From Acidobacteriota bacterium (GTDB lineage Bacteria; Acidobacteriota; UBA6911; RPQK01; JAJDTT01), in contig OZ242374.1 in NCBI GenBank assembly GCA_965209055.1, positions 5,504,001 through 5,568,000 of the forward strand: a stretch of DNA of 64,000 bases. The letters run 5' to 3'. This document shows positions 11,294 to 22,464 of the stretch, in pieces. The notes under the pieces were generated by a model. It saw nothing but the letters and a program-made list of their open reading frames with translations. It was not told the DNA's origin and made no database searches. Position numbers and translations under genes: made by a program. Position 1 is the first letter of the stretch. Each line of letters opens with the position of its first letter.

Positions 11294-13345
11294 TTATGTC
11301 CTCGCGACCATGGAAATGTCCGCGTAGGACAAGAAAAGCTGTGAGATCTCATGGAGGATTCGCAATCGGTTCCGGCGCAGATCTTCTTCGTGCGACATGA
11401 CGAGCACGTCGTCGAAGAAACGGTCGACGGGCCCGCGCAAGCGGGCCATCTGCTTCAGCGCTTCCAGAAACTCCCCCTTCTCCAACCTGGCGGCGACCTG
11501 GGGGCGCGTCTCCTGGACCGCCCGGTTCAATGTCCGTTCCGCCGGTTCTCTCAAATCGCCGGCGCGGACCTGATCCAGCTCGATGGCCTGGCCCGCCAGA
11601 ATATTCTTGATCCTCTTGTAGGCCGTTGCCAACACTTCGAAATCCGCTTCGTTCCTCATCTCCTCCAGCGCGACCGCCTTCCGGAACCGGAGATGCAGAC
11701 TCTGACGAGAGTCTACCGCTTGTACGGCCTGGATGACGTCGTCGGACACGCCCCGGTTCTGAAACACATGCCGGACCCGCCGCTCCAGGAAGGCCAGGAT
11801 CCGGCCTTCCGGTTCCGGACCGGCCTCGTCTTCCGGGAGCGACTGCCGCGCCATCCGGGCCAGGTCTTCGAGCGGATAGTCGAGACGAAACTCCAGCAAT
11901 ATCTTAACGATGCCCAGGGCCTGACGGCGGAGCGCGAAAGGATCGCTGGAGCCTGTGGGAACGATTCCACCGGCGATACACGTGCTGACGGTATCCAGCT
12001 TGTCCGCCAGGGCCAACAGGGCCCCGCCCGGCGTGGAGGGAGGGGCATCGCTGAGAGAGACCGGCTTGTAGTGCTCCAGGACGGCCTTCCAGACCGCAGC
12101 GGGATAACCCTCCCGGCGCGCGTAGAGGCCCCCCATGACCCCCTGCAACTCCGGAAGCTCGCGGACCATCTCGGAAGTGAGATCGGCCTTGGAGAAAAGG
12201 GCCGCCCGCTCCAGGTGAGGGTCGGACTTCAATCGGGCACAGAGCGCCTTCACCCGGTTCACCTTGTCCAGGTAACTTCCCAGCCGCTGGTGAAAGACGA
12301 TGCCGGCCAGCTTTTCGCACCGCTTCTCCATGCTGGTCTTGAGATCGGTCCGCCAGAAAAACGCCGCGTCTTCGAGGCGGGCTCTCAATACCCTCTCGTG
12401 CCCTTGGAGGATCCGGCCATCCGAGTCGGCGTCGGTGTTGACCACGGTCAGGAAGTGGGGCCGGAGCTGCCCTTCCCCGTCAATCACCGAGAAGTATTTC
12501 TGGTGGTGGCGCATGACCGTCACCAGCACCTGCCGGGGGATATCCAGAAAGCCCTCGTCGAAGCCTCCGCACAGGACGCTGGGATACTCGTTGAGCTGGA
12601 CGACCGTTTCCAGAAGGCGTGCGTCTTCCACCGGAGTCAGCCCGCGGGGAACCTTCCGGACCAGCTCCCCGGCGATCTTGCGGCGCCGCTCGTCCATGCC
12701 GACCAGGACGTAGTTCCGGCGCATCCGGTCAGGGTACTCCTCTGCATGAGCCAACCGGATCTCATCCTTCCCCAGGAACCGGTGGCCACGCGTGATCCTT
12801 CCCGAGTCGATTCCTTCGAATCGAAAGGAGACGACCTGTGAATCCCACAGCGAGACGCACCAGCGAAGGGGCCGGATAAATCGAAACCGGCTCTCCCGCC
12901 AGACCATGCCGCGCGGCCAGGAGAGGCCGGCCACCAGCCGGGGGATCTCTTCCTGGAGTATTTCCGGGAGGGAACGGCCCGGAATCCTCTTCCGGTATCC
13001 CAGGTAATCGCCCTTGGGAGTCTCGACCCGCTCCAACATTTGCACGTTCAGCCCCTGGCTGCGAGCGAATCCGACAGCAGCCCTCCCGGGTTCCCCATCG
13101 GGTCCCAAGGCGACGCGGACTGGAGGACCCAGGACAAGCTCTTCCCTCCCCGGCTGGCGCCCCGGCAGCCCGCCGGCCAGCAGGGCCAGTCTCCTGGGAG
13201 TGCCGTAGGACCGAACCGGGACCGGGGACACTCCTTCCCGGGCCATCAACTCTTCCAGATTTCGGCCAAGCCCGGCCAGAGCCGGAGAGATGACGTCGGC
13301 AGGCATCTCCTCCAGGCCCAACTCAAGCAGATAGCTGTGACCCAT
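11294..13345 (-). CDS. glyS: Glycine-tRNA ligase beta subunit
   Basis: [44 protein letters not shown]. Confidence 0.95.
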   Translation of the reverse strand: MGHSYLLELGLEEMPADVISPALAGLGRNLEELMAREGVSPVPVRSYGTPRRLALLAGGLPGRQPGREELVLGPPVRVALGPDGEPGRAAVGFARSQGLNVQMLERVETPKGDYLGYRKRIPGRSLPEILQEEIPRLVAGLSWPRGMVWRESRFRFIRPLRWCVSLWDSQVVSFRFEGIDSGRITRGHRFLGKDEIRLAHAEEYPDRMRRNYVLVGMDERRRKIAGELVRKVPRGLTPVEDARLLETVVQLNEYPSVLCGGFDEGFLDIPRQVLVTVMRHHQKYFSVIDGEGQLRPHFLTVVNTDADSDGRILQGHERVLRARLEDAAFFWRTDLKTSMEKRCEKLAGIVFHQRLGSYLDKVNRVKALCARLKSDPHLERAALFSKADLTSEMVRELPELQGVMGGLYARREGYPAAVWKAVLEHYKPVSLSDAPPSTPGGALLALADKLDTVSTCIAGGIVPTGSSDPFALRRQALGIVKILLEFRLDYPLEDLARMARQSLPEDEAGPEPEGRILAFLERRVRHVFQNRGVSDDVIQAVQAVDSRQSLHLRFRKAVALEEMRNEADFEVLATAYKRIKNILAGQAIELDQVRAGDLREPAERTLNRAVQETRPQVAARLEKGEFLEALKQMARLRGPVDRFFDDVLVMSHEEDLRRNRLRILHEISQLFLSYADISMVART

Positions 13346-14228
13346 GATCTTCCAGGTAAAGCCGTGCGGTCGCCACTGCCAGGGCGCGCACCCGGGCAAT
13401 CAGGGCGACGCGCTCGGTGACACTGATGGCGCCCCGGCTGTCCAGCAGGTTGAAGGTGTGGGAGCACTTCAGACAATAGTCGTACGCCGGGAGGACGCAT
13501 CTGGCCTCGTGGCAACGCCGGCATTCCTCCTCGTAGAGTCGAAACAGGTTGAAAAGCAGATCCGTGTCGGCAACCTCGAAGCTGTAACGGGAGAACTCGG
13601 CCTCTTCCAGCCAACGAATCTGCCCGTACGTCTTCTCCCGGTTCCACAGGAGTTGGTAAACGCTGTCCTCGCCTGAGATGAAGGCTGCGATCCTCTCCAG
13701 CCCGTAGGTCAGCTCCACCGGGACCGGCATCAATTCGATACCGCCGGCCTGCTGAAAATAGGTGAACTGCGTGATCTCGAGCCCGTCCAGGAGCACTTGC
13801 CAGCCCACGCCCCAGGCGCCCAGGGTGGGACTCTCCCAATTGTCCTCTTCGAAACGGATGTCGTGACGCTTCAGATCCACGCCGATGCTCCCAAGGCTCT
13901 CGAGGTAAAGGTCCTGAATGTCCTCCGGCGACGGCTTGAGAATGACCTGCAACTGGTGGTGGCGATAGAGTCGATTCGGATTCTGTCCGTACCGTCCGTC
14001 GGCCGGCCGGCGGCTGGGCTGGACGTAGACGACGCTGTAGGGTTCAGGGCCCAGAACCCGCAAAAAGGTTTCCGGGTGCATGGTCCCGGCGCCGACCTCG
14101 GTGTCGTAGGGCTGTTGCGCCACACAACCCGCGTCCATCCAGAATTCGAGCAGACGGTGCACGATGTCCTGAAAAGTCTGCGGAGCTTCGGCTCCATCCC
14201 TGGATGCTGCACGGTCGGATTCGTTCAT
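13323..14228 (-). CDS. glyQ: Glycine-tRNA ligase alpha subunit
   Basis: [41 protein letters not shown]. Confidence 0.97.
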   Translation of the reverse strand: MNESDRAASRDGAEAPQTFQDIVHRLLEFWMDAGCVAQQPYDTEVGAGTMHPETFLRVLGPEPYSVVYVQPSRRPADGRYGQNPNRLYRHHQLQVILKPSPEDIQDLYLESLGSIGVDLKRHDIRFEEDNWESPTLGAWGVGWQVLLDGLEITQFTYFQQAGGIELMPVPVELTYGLERIAAFISGEDSVYQLLWNREKTYGQIRWLEEAEFSRYSFEVADTDLLFNLFRLYEEECRRCHEARCVLPAYDYCLKCSHTFNLLDSRGAISVTERVALIARVRALAVATARLYLEDHGSQLSA

Positions 14229-14237
14229 TGCCGGGTT

Positions 14238-14879
14238 TCAGAGGAGTTCCTTCAGCAGTTTCCGTGTCTTCAGCGGTTTTTCGAGGTGGTATTCTAACAA
14301 CTTCTCCGAAAAGCGCGCTAACGTTTTGTCCTCCTCAAGGGTCAGGCACTCCGCCTCCAGCGAGGCCGGCGGCACCCGCATGAAAGACTTGGCCCTGGCC
14401 GCCAGTGGGCGGGACAGTTCGCCGTCAAGGTCGGGAAGAACCCCTTCCAACCTGAGGGTCCAGAGTTCCAGGTAACGAGACAACAGGGAGATGGGGACCG
14501 AACCGACGGCCGCAAGAACGGCCAGGGCCAGGCGGAAGAGATGCTCGCTCTCCTCCTGTTCCCGGCTGAACTCGAGGAGAAGCTCGGCAAAATAGCTCAG
14601 ATGCAGTGTGGACTCCAACGTGGTGCTTCCCCGCGGAAAGACCCGCAACACCTCGCAACTCCGGATCACCGCCAGTTCCTGGTGCTCCTTGCGATGAAAG
14701 CTTAACTTCACGTAGTTCAGGGGCTCCAGGCTGCCCCCGAATCTGCCGCCTGACTTGCGGGCGCCGTGGGCGATGCCCCGCAATTTTCCGAAACTCCGGG
14801 TAAAGAAGACGGCAATCTTGTGCGATTCGGAGAAAGGATAGGTTCTGAGGGTGATCGCCTCGGATTGGTGGCGGCTCAT
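14238..14879 (-). CDS. recO: DNA repair protein RecO
   Basis: N-terminal OB fold (SESHKIAVFFTRSFGKLRGIAHGARKS...LEP); located upstream of glyQ. Confidence 0.85.
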   Translation of the reverse strand: MSRHQSEAITLRTYPFSESHKIAVFFTRSFGKLRGIAHGARKSGGRFGGSLEPLNYVKLSFHRKEHQELAVIRSCEVLRVFPRGSTTLESTLHLSYFAELLLEFSREQEESEHLFRLALAVLAAVGSVPISLLSRYLELWTLRLEGVLPDLDGELSRPLAARAKSFMRVPPASLEAECLTLEEDKTLARFSEKLLEYHLEKPLKTRKLLKELL

Positions 14880-16243
14880 GAGGAGGAGACGACGGTCAGG
14901 AAATACGTCGCCAATCCCAGGAAGGAAAGAAAACCGACCATGTCCGTGAAGGTGGTCAGAATGATGCTCGAAGCGACGGCGGGGTCGACGTTGATTTTGA
15001 TCAGAAACAGGGGAATCAATGTGCCGACGATGCCGGCCACGAGAATGTTGATGATGAGCGCCCCGCCCAAAACGAATCCCAACTCAAAGCTGCCCTTCCA
15101 GGCGAAAGCCACGGCCCCGCACAACAATCCCAAGACGACTCCATTGGTAAGGGCGACCGCCAGTTCCTTTCCCAACGCCGCTCGACTGCTCTTCCAGGTC
15201 ACCTCTCCCAGGGCGAGTCCGCGGACGATCACAGTCAAGGTCTGGGTCCCCGAATTGCCCCCCATCCCGGCCACCACCGGCAGAAAGACGGCCAGATACG
15301 AAAACTTGGCGATGGTGGGTTCGAAAAAGGCGACGATCGTGGCCGCCAGCAGAGCCGTCACCAGATTGATGAGCAGCCACGGCAGCCGTTTTCTCACCGA
15401 TTTCCGAGGCGGCGTGTAGATCCGATCGTCACTCTCCACGCCCGCCATGTAGAAGATGTCCTCGGTGGCCTCTTCCTTGATGACGTCGATCACGTCGTCC
15501 ACGGTGATCACGCCCACGAGCTTGTTCTCCTCGTCCACCACCGGGATGGCCAGGAGGTCGTAGAGGGCCACTTGCCGTGCCACTTCTTCCTGGTCCGTAT
15601 CGGTCCGCACCGAGAGGATGTCGGTGGTCATGATCTTTCTCAGCGGCGTGCTGGGAGGAACCATGATCAGTCCCCGCAGGGAGACGATCCCGACCAGATG
15701 AGACCGTTTGTCCACCACATAGACATAGAAGGACATTTCCAGATCTTCAGCGGTCTGGATCGTGTGGATGGCCTCTCCCACCGTCACCACCTCTTGGAAG
15801 GCCAGCACGTTGGGAGTCATGATCCGGCCGGCGGTTTCCGCCTTATGCTCCAGCAGGCCCTGGACTTCGGCCGATTCCTCCGTGGCCATCAGATCCAGGA
15901 TTGCCGCGGCCCGGTCTTCGGGCAGGGCCGAGATGAATTGGGCGGCGTCGTCGCTCTCCAGCTCCTGGAGGACCGCGGCCGCCTCGTCGGCGGAAAAGTG
16001 GGCCAGAAGCGCGATGGCCGGATCGAGACCCATCCCGGTGAGAGTCTGTCCCGCCAGGTCCTTGTCCTTCTTGATGAGCAGCGAGAAGACCCGCCGCTGC
16101 TGCAGCTCACCCAGCTCCAGCATGATGTGGGAGATGTCTCCGGGGCGCAGCTTGGACAGAAGGTTGGCGACGTGCTCGAACGCACTCCGCCTCAGGAGGC
16201 GGCGGACGGATTGTGCCAGCAGATGAATCTTATGCGTCTGCAT
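14876..16243 (-). CDS. mgtE: Magnesium transporter MgtE
   Basis: CBS pair (TAGRIMT, TDQEEVA, GVITVDD); RLPWL, GMGGNSGTQ, DPAVAS, TTFTD. Confidence 0.95.
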   Translation of the reverse strand: MQTHKIHLLAQSVRRLLRRSAFEHVANLLSKLRPGDISHIMLELGELQQRRVFSLLIKKDKDLAGQTLTGMGLDPAIALLAHFSADEAAAVLQELESDDAAQFISALPEDRAAAILDLMATEESAEVQGLLEHKAETAGRIMTPNVLAFQEVVTVGEAIHTIQTAEDLEMSFYVYVVDKRSHLVGIVSLRGLIMVPPSTPLRKIMTTDILSVRTDTDQEEVARQVALYDLLAIPVVDEENKLVGVITVDDVIDVIKEEATEDIFYMAGVESDDRIYTPPRKSVRKRLPWLLINLVTALLAATIVAFFEPTIAKFSYLAVFLPVVAGMGGNSGTQTLTVIVRGLALGEVTWKSSRAALGKELAVALTNGVVLGLLCGAVAFAWKGSFELGFVLGGALIINILVAGIVGTLIPLFLIKINVDPAVASSIILTTFTDMVGFLSFLGLATYFLTVVSSS

Positions 16244-16507
16244 ACTCTCACCCCCGGCGCAAGCGGCTCAGTTCAGTCCCGCTGCGGCGGTTGGACACGG
16301 GACAGGTTCGTTCGGCGCCATCGTAACCCAGAACTCTCGTCGGGTCGCCGCATGACCACGAAAAAAATCACGTTGCGGGGCATTTGTTCGTCCTCGTCGG
16401 GGATCGAGGTTTTCCGGTTCCGGACCGTGCCGGGTGCATCTGAGCGAGAAATGCGTGCCCGCCGCCGAAAACTTCCTGTTTCGTGAAACGGAGCAGCGAA
16501 TGGGCAC

Positions 16508-17305
16508 TCAGTCCGGACGAACTTCCTGTTCCTCCAAAGAGGCCGGCTCCTTGAGTCGAAAACGCACGAACTGGTAACCCCTGAGCACAACGCCGCTGAG
16601 AAGGTAACCGGAAGCCATGGCCATCAAGGACTGCCGCGAATAGAAGAACACGGCGGCCACCATCAAGGCCAGAATCACAACCAGCAGATGAGACTTCCTG
16701 CCTCCCAGATTGAGCCGTTTGAACGACGGATAGCGGACCGTGCTCACCATGAGACAGGCCACCGCATAGTTCATGGCGACCAGTGAGACCTTGAAGAAGA
16801 CCGTGTCGGGAGGGGTATCGAAGTAGTGGATGATCGCCGCCACGAAGGCCGCCGCCGCCGGGATGGGCAGTCCGGCGAAATACTTCATCTCCTTCAACTG
16901 GACGTTGAACCGGGCGAGGCGCACCGCCCCGCAGATAAAGAAGAAGAAGGCCGAAAAACGGGCGAAATTGCCCAAGTCGGCCAGTCCCCAGGAGTAAATG
17001 AGCACCGCCGGAGCGATTCCGAAGCTGACAACGTCGGCCAGGGAGTCCAACTGAACGCCGAAATCGCTGGTGGCATTGGCCATTCGCGCCACCCGGCCGT
17101 CCAATCCGTCCAGGACGACGGCGATCCCGATGGCGACCGCCGCCGCCTGGTAGTGCTCGTTGAGTATGGATACCAGGGCGAAGAAGCCCGCGAACATGTT
17201 CCCCACGGTGAAGAGCGAAGGCAGGATGAAGACGCTGCGGCGAAATCGCTTCCTGGGGCCCCTGGGAGCTGTGAATCGCCGTTCGTTACGTCTCAACTTT
17301 TTCAC
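16508..17305 (-). CDS. pssA: CDP-diacylglycerol-serine O-phosphatidyltransferase
   Basis: DGLDGRVAR...FGVQLDSLADVVSFG, RLARFN; GTGA overlap with psd. Confidence 0.92.
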   Translation of the reverse strand: MKKLRRNERRFTAPRGPRKRFRRSVFILPSLFTVGNMFAGFFALVSILNEHYQAAAVAIGIAVVLDGLDGRVARMANATSDFGVQLDSLADVVSFGIAPAVLIYSWGLADLGNFARFSAFFFFICGAVRLARFNVQLKEMKYFAGLPIPAAAAFVAAIIHYFDTPPDTVFFKVSLVAMNYAVACLMVSTVRYPSFKRLNLGGRKSHLLVVILALMVAAVFFYSRQSLMAMASGYLLSGVVLRGYQFVRFRLKEPASLEEQEVRPD

Positions 17306-17907
17306 GGCCCGGAGTTCCAATACGCCAGGACGGTGCTGCCGCCGTAGACTCGATCGCCTTCACTGACCACCAGGTCGCAATTCCCCGGAAAGAACAGATC
17401 GACGCGGCTGCCGAATCGAATAAGGCCTATTCTATCACCCCTGCCGAGGAGGTCTCCCTCATTCTTCCAGACCCGGATTCGGCGCGCCAATACCCCCGCC
17501 ACCAGAGCGAAGGTCAGGGGCCGGTCGCCTGAAACGGTCAGTATGACCCGCTCGTTCTCAACCGAAGCCCGGTCGTCCCAGGCGAGATGAAACCGTCCGG
17601 AGCGGTGTTCCTTCCGGACCAGGATACCTTCCACCGGTGAACGATTGACGTGAACGTTCCAAATCGAAAGAAAAATACTGACCTCGGTGCCCTCCTCAAA
17701 CGATCTCACGCGAACGATCTTTCCGTCCGCCGGGCTGACCACGGCGTCGGGATCATCGGGAACGGAGCGGTTCGGATCACGGAAAAACCAGGCGACGAAC
17801 GCCGCCAGGATGAGGGTGACCACGCCCAGGGCCATGACCTGTAGCCACGCCAGGACCAGGGTCAACGCCACCAGGGGAAGAAAGAAATAATAGCCGTCTC
17901 GGGCCAT
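17302..17907 (-). CDS. psd: Phosphatidylserine decarboxylase proenzyme
   Basis: FFRDP, SPADG, HVNRSP, NER, IRFGSRVD cleavage motif. Confidence 0.92.
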   Translation of the reverse strand: MARDGYYFFLPLVALTLVLAWLQVMALGVVTLILAAFVAWFFRDPNRSVPDDPDAVVSPADGKIVRVRSFEEGTEVSIFLSIWNVHVNRSPVEGILVRKEHRSGRFHLAWDDRASVENERVILTVSGDRPLTFALVAGVLARRIRVWKNEGDLLGRGDRIGLIRFGSRVDLFFPGNCDLVVSEGDRVYGGSTVLAYWNSGP

Positions 17908-18068
17908 GGCGGATGCTCCGAACTTTGGCCGGGAGCCGAACCCGAATTGGGGTCCCGGGCAAGACAATGGACTCCTTCCAGGAGGGCATCCCCAGCCTGG
18001 ACCAGGAGCCGGTGGGAATCAAGGGAAGTACGAACGAAAGCCCGGATTCGCCGCAGGCGGACGAAATT

Positions 18069-18299
18069 CTAGCCGGTCTGCGCCTCCATCCGGTGTCGAT
18101 GGATGATCACCTGCATCTGATCCTTCAGGGCCAGCTTCTTTTTCTTGATGACGCTCTCACGCAACTTCTCTTCCGGGTTCAGGTAGACCCGGCGAACAAG
18201 CTCCTCCAGTTGGCGCTCGTAGCCCTGGTGCTCCAAGGCGAGCCGGGAAAACTCCTTGTCCGTCTCCATCAGATGACTTTTAAGAGCGGCCTCATCCAT
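18069..18299 (-). CDS. DUF465/YdcH-family small coiled-coil protein
   Basis: 76 aa, H...KKKKLALKDQM pattern. Confidence 0.75.
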   Translation of the reverse strand: MDEAALKSHLMETDKEFSRLALEHQGYERQLEELVRRVYLNPEEKLRESVIKKKKLALKDQMQVIIHRHRMEAQTG

Positions 18300-18448
18300 C
18301 GCGCGCTTCCTCCCGGGGCTTGGACCACGGCACGCAGCACCTCGTACCGACGCATGAATTTAGCAAACGGGTCCCGGACCTTCAAGAAGAGTACCGGGAA
18401 CGCGAGACAGGGGTTCGACGCCTGCGATGAGCTTGCTCGGCAATGATT

Positions 18449-19528
18449 TCAGCGCTCGACCGAGAGTCCCTGCCGGGCTCGATGCCGCTTCAAACCCAGA
18501 TCGATGAGCTTTTCGATGAGGCCGGGATAGCTCAATCCGGAAGCCTGCCAGAGCTTGGGATACATGCTGATCTGGGTGAATCCCGGAATGGTGTTGGCTT
18601 CGTTGATCCAGAGCCGGTGGCTGTCCTTCTCCAGCAGGAAATCGACCCGGGCCATGCCCTCCACTCCCAGCGTCCGGCAGGTCTCCAGGGCCAGCCGCCG
18701 CACTTCGTCCATCCGTTCCCGGGAGAGGGGCGCCGGGATCAGCAACCGGCTGGACCCGTCCAGGTACTTGGCGGCGTAGTCGTAGAATTCCCCGGAGGGA
18801 ACGATCTCGCCCGCGATGGAGGCCCTGGGATGTTCATTCCCCAGGACCGAAACTTCGATCTCCCGGGCGTCGACGCCCTGCTCGGCTAAAACCAGCAGGT
18901 CAAATCTCAGGGCTTCCTCCAGATGGCGCCGGAGTTCCCCGGAGTCGCGGCTCTTGCCGACCCCGACGGACGAACCCATGTTGGCCGGCTTCACGAATAC
19001 GGGGTATGCGAGGTCGTTCTCGATCCTCGCCACGACCCGGCCGGGGTCCTCCTCCCATCCCGCTCTGGTCGTGCTCACGAAGGGCAGGACCGGCAGCCCG
19101 GCGTGGGCCAGCACCTGTTTGCACCAGACCTTGTTCATGGCCAGGGACGAGCCCAGTACGCCGGCTCCCACGTAGGGCAGCCCCAACACCTCCAATGCTC
19201 CCTGTACGGTGCCGTCCTCTCCGAACGGTCCGTGCAGCACCGGGAACACGACGGGCGGTGGGGGCGGCAGTGCGGCCAGAACCGCGAGCCAGTGCTCCGA
19301 TCCGGTGGGAAACTCCCAGGGTCCGTCCGGCGAGAGCTCCAACTTCCGGCGCAGAACCTGAGGATCGTAGCTTCCGCCCTGCCGGTTCAGACCCATGACC
19401 GAGATCCGGTGCCGTCCCGGGTCCAGGTGGTTCAGAATCGACCGGGTCGAGACGAGGGAGACGTCATGCTCGGCGGAGCGTCCCCCGCAGAGGACCACCA
19501 CGTGAATCCTGCTGTCCGTCATCGGCAT
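18449..19528 (-). CDS. ddl: D-alanine-D-alanine ligase
   Basis: GGRSAEHDVS, LHGPFGEDG, KPANMGSSVG, FYDYAAKY, EANTIPGFT. Confidence 0.95.
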   Translation of the reverse strand: MPMTDSRIHVVVLCGGRSAEHDVSLVSTRSILNHLDPGRHRISVMGLNRQGGSYDPQVLRRKLELSPDGPWEFPTGSEHWLAVLAALPPPPPVVFPVLHGPFGEDGTVQGALEVLGLPYVGAGVLGSSLAMNKVWCKQVLAHAGLPVLPFVSTTRAGWEEDPGRVVARIENDLAYPVFVKPANMGSSVGVGKSRDSGELRRHLEEALRFDLLVLAEQGVDAREIEVSVLGNEHPRASIAGEIVPSGEFYDYAAKYLDGSSRLLIPAPLSRERMDEVRRLALETCRTLGVEGMARVDFLLEKDSHRLWINEANTIPGFTQISMYPKLWQASGLSYPGLIEKLIDLGLKRHRARQGLSVER

Positions 19529-19609
19529 CGAATATCCGGGCCCGGGACCTGGAAGCCAACCGCGGCGATCTCACCGAAAAACATCCGGCGAGGGAGCTCC
19601 CGTCCCCCC

Positions 19610-20581
19610 TCACGACCCACTTCTCGCACCTCTCTTGGCCCTCGGGTCCATGGACTCGTAGGCTTGGATGATTCGCTTGACGAGCCGGTGGCGCACCACG
19701 TCCCGGCGATCGAACTCACAGATCGAGATCCCCTGCAAGCCCTTGAGCAACCCGCGGGCCTCCACCAGGCCCGACGTTTGACCTGGGGGAAGATCGATCT
19801 GAGTAATGTCCCCGGTGACGACCGCCCTGGAATTGAGACCGATTCGAGTGAGGAACATCTTCATCTGCTCCGAGGTGCAGTTCTGGGCCTCGTCCAGAAT
19901 GATGAACGAGTCGCCCAGGGTTCTCCCCCGCATGAAGGCCAGAGGAGCGATCTCGATGATCTCCCGGTCCATGAGCTTTTGCACCCTCTCCGCCCCGATC
20001 ACGTGGATCAAGGCGTCCGACAGGGGCCTCAAGTAGGGGTTGACCTTTTCCTGGAGGTCCCCCGGGAGGAACCCGAGCCGTTCGCCCGCTTCCACCGCGG
20101 GACGGGACAACACGATCCTCTGGACTCTTTTGTCCTGGAGAAACGAAACCGCCGTCGCCACCGCAAGGTAGGTCTTTCCCGTGCCGGCCGGACCGATGCC
20201 GAAGACCAGATCGTTGCGGTGAATGGCCTGGACGTAACGGGACTGGTTCAGACTCCGTGGCGACACTTCCCGTATGGGAGTCTTCAGGACCAGAGCCTTG
20301 GGAAAGAAATCGTGGAGACTCCCGCCCGCCCCTTCGGCGATCTGTTGGAACGCTTCCCTCAGCTCGCCGTTGGAGAAGGAGCATCCATTGGAGACCAAAG
20401 ACGAAAATTCCGTGAGGAGATTCTCCAGGACCTTCTCGTGTTTCTCATCCCCCTCGATGAAGACGCGCGGGCCCCGGGCGCCGATCCGTACCTGGAACAG
20501 TGACTCCAGCAACCGCACGTTCCGGTCCCGGAGGTCGAAGAGAATTTCAGCGCACTGGTCCGGGAGGAGAACCTTCTTCAA
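19610..20581 (-). CDS. PhoH-family ATPase (YbeZ-like)
   Basis: GPAGTGKT, RPAVEAGERLGFLPGD, APLAFMRGRT, DEAQN, GDITQIDL. Confidence 0.93.
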   Translation of the reverse strand: MKKVLLPDQCAEILFDLRDRNVRLLESLFQVRIGARGPRVFIEGDEKHEKVLENLLTEFSSLVSNGCSFSNGELREAFQQIAEGAGGSLHDFFPKALVLKTPIREVSPRSLNQSRYVQAIHRNDLVFGIGPAGTGKTYLAVATAVSFLQDKRVQRIVLSRPAVEAGERLGFLPGDLQEKVNPYLRPLSDALIHVIGAERVQKLMDREIIEIAPLAFMRGRTLGDSFIILDEAQNCTSEQMKMFLTRIGLNSRAVVTGDITQIDLPPGQTSGLVEARGLLKGLQGISICEFDRRDVVRHRLVKRIIQAYESMDPRAKRGARSGS

Positions 20582-20645
20582 GAGTGGGGATCTTGCAGCC
20601 GTGCAAATGGAGACATGTATGGGGTCGGGGTCCAGGCAACCACTG

Positions 20646-20924
20646 CTAGCCCGCTTTTCTCACCAGGGTTCGATTCAACGAGTGGGTCAGCCGGGATTTG
20701 TAGCGTGCGGCGGTCCGGCGATGAATGACGCCCTTCTGGGCGGTGTGGTCAATGACGGTGTAGATCTTGGGGAGATGGCCCTCGGCGTCTGCGGACCGGC
20801 CCTCCTCCACCATGCGGCGGAAGCGCTTGATTTCGGTCCTCATCCGGCTCAGATAGTGACGGTTTCGCATCCTGCGCCTTCGGCTCTGACGCATGCGCTT
20901 GTCCGCCGACTTGATATTTGGCAT
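20646..20924 (-). CDS. rpsT: 30S ribosomal protein S20
   Basis: MPNIKSADKR...KGVIHRRTAARYKSRL. Confidence 0.95.
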   Translation of the reverse strand: MPNIKSADKRMRQSRRRRMRNRHYLSRMRTEIKRFRRMVEEGRSADAEGHLPKIYTVIDHTAQKGVIHRRTAARYKSRLTHSLNRTLVRKAG

Positions 20925-20949
20925 ATGGACTCCCGCGAAACAGCGCGCA

Positions 20950-21897
20950 TTATAGTTGTCCCCGGCGACAGGTGTCAACGAGCAGGCGCTCCAGGTGAAA
21001 CCGGGGTTCGGAGACGCCGCTCTTGCAGGCGCGGTCCGTTTCTCGAATCCGGATCAGGACTTGCCGGATCCAATCGGGCGAGTAGCGGCGCACCTCCCCT
21101 TCCCGGCCGCGATAGCTCCAGATCTTGAGCTTGCGGAGAACCTCCTGAAAGGACCGTCCCCGCTCGAGCATCTCCCGGGCCACCAACAACCGTCTGAAGG
21201 TCCAGTAGAGCATGGCCAGGATCTGGGGGAAGCCGACGCCCTTCTCGAAGAGCCGGTTGAGAATCAGGAGCGCCGCCGGGGACTGCCCCTTGGCCATGGC
21301 GCCGATGAGGTTGAACACGTCGTATTCCCGACTCTCCAGCGTCATTTCGGCGACGGACTCGGAAGTGATTTTCCGGCTTTCCCATTGGGCCAGAAACTGT
21401 TTCTCCAACTCCATTCTGAGGCGGCCCAGGTCGTCCCCCACCAACTCGACCAGGGCCCGCGCGGCCGCCGGTTCCAGGACATAGTCCTCCCGCTTGGCCC
21501 AGGCCCGCAGCCACCGGGCCGGCCCCACCTTCTTGTCGAACTCGACCAGGGGTAGGCGCGACAAGGCCCTGGAGCGTTTCTTCATCTCCAGAATCAGCAC
21601 GGTCCGGGGCGCCGGGCGAGCCACATAGTCCTTCAGCCCGGATCCGGATCCGGCGTGGTCCCGCACGTACACCCATCGCCGCTTGGAGACCCACGGCAGC
21701 GTGCGCGCGGCCTGGACCACCTCTCCGGCCGGATCCTTCTCCAGGTCGAAAACGGACCAATCGAAATCCCGGGCCGACTCCGCCACCTGTTCCCGGCAGA
21801 GATCGTAGACGCGCTTGAGAAAGAGGTCCTGGGTCGAAACCACGACGTAGACGGAATGAGGCTGGGCCAGGGACTTCCTAAACTCAGTGAAACGCAT
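20950..21897 (-). CDS. holA: DNA polymerase III delta subunit
   Basis: ELEK motif region; conserved leuS-lptE-holA-rpsT order. Confidence 0.85.
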   Translation of the reverse strand: MRFTEFRKSLAQPHSVYVVVSTQDLFLKRVYDLCREQVAESARDFDWSVFDLEKDPAGEVVQAARTLPWVSKRRWVYVRDHAGSGSGLKDYVARPAPRTVLILEMKKRSRALSRLPLVEFDKKVGPARWLRAWAKREDYVLEPAAARALVELVGDDLGRLRMELEKQFLAQWESRKITSESVAEMTLESREYDVFNLIGAMAKGQSPAALLILNRLFEKGVGFPQILAMLYWTFRRLLVAREMLERGRSFQEVLRKLKIWSYRGREGEVRRYSPDWIRQVLIRIRETDRACKSGVSEPRFHLERLLVDTCRRGQL

Positions 21898-21933
21898 TTT
21901 CCGGAAAGCGGATCGCCCGGGAACGGGCGGCCA

Positions 21934-22464
21934 TCAGAACCCCTCCATCAGAGTCGTGACCACACTGGAGGAGAAATCCCTCGCCACGCGCTCCAGGGCC
22001 GGGCTCAGTTCGGAGAAGAAGTTGCGGACGTCGACGTTGATGACGTACTGCTCCCGAAAGAGGTATTGGTCGTTTTGGTAGAGAACTCGTCCGTCCCGCC
22101 GGTCCTGGAGCTTGACGCGGGCCTGGAGCGTGACCAGGAAGGTGGAGCCGAAAGCCCTCTGACGGAATATGACGGGGTTGGCGGTGGTGGAGAAGATGAC
22201 TCCGCTGAATACGGCGTCGGCCTGCGAAGGGTCGTGGACCAGACGGTACGAAGACCTCTCCACAAAGGCGTGAATCAACGATCGCGTGAAGATCTGCTCC
22301 ACTTGAAACGTGGTGGTTTCATTCTCCAGGGGAAGAACGGCCAGAGTCCGGAGCTGGGGAGCCAAGCGGTTCTTGGACGCGACCCGATAACCGCATCCGG
22401 CGAGGACTACCAGGACCAGACCCGGCAGAAGGGAAGACAGCAGCGCGGCGCGGATCCGCTTCAT
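21934..22464 (-). CDS. lptE: LPS assembly lipoprotein LptE-like
   Basis: Lipobox LAGCGY; located between leuS and holA. Confidence 0.8.
   Translation of the reverse strand: MKRIRAALLSSLLPGLVLVVLAGCGYRVASKNRLAPQLRTLAVLPLENETTTFQVEQIFTRSLIHAFVERSSYRLVHDPSQADAVFSGVIFSTTANPVIFRQRAFGSTFLVTLQARVKLQDRRDGRVLYQNDQYLFREQYVINVDVRNFFSELSPALERVARDFSSSVVTTLMEGF

Noticed and set aside
16244-16507. Possible Mg-sensing riboswitch or small ORF upstream of mgtE
   Set aside because: No M-box consensus or convincing protein recognised by eye; a covariance-model search would be needed
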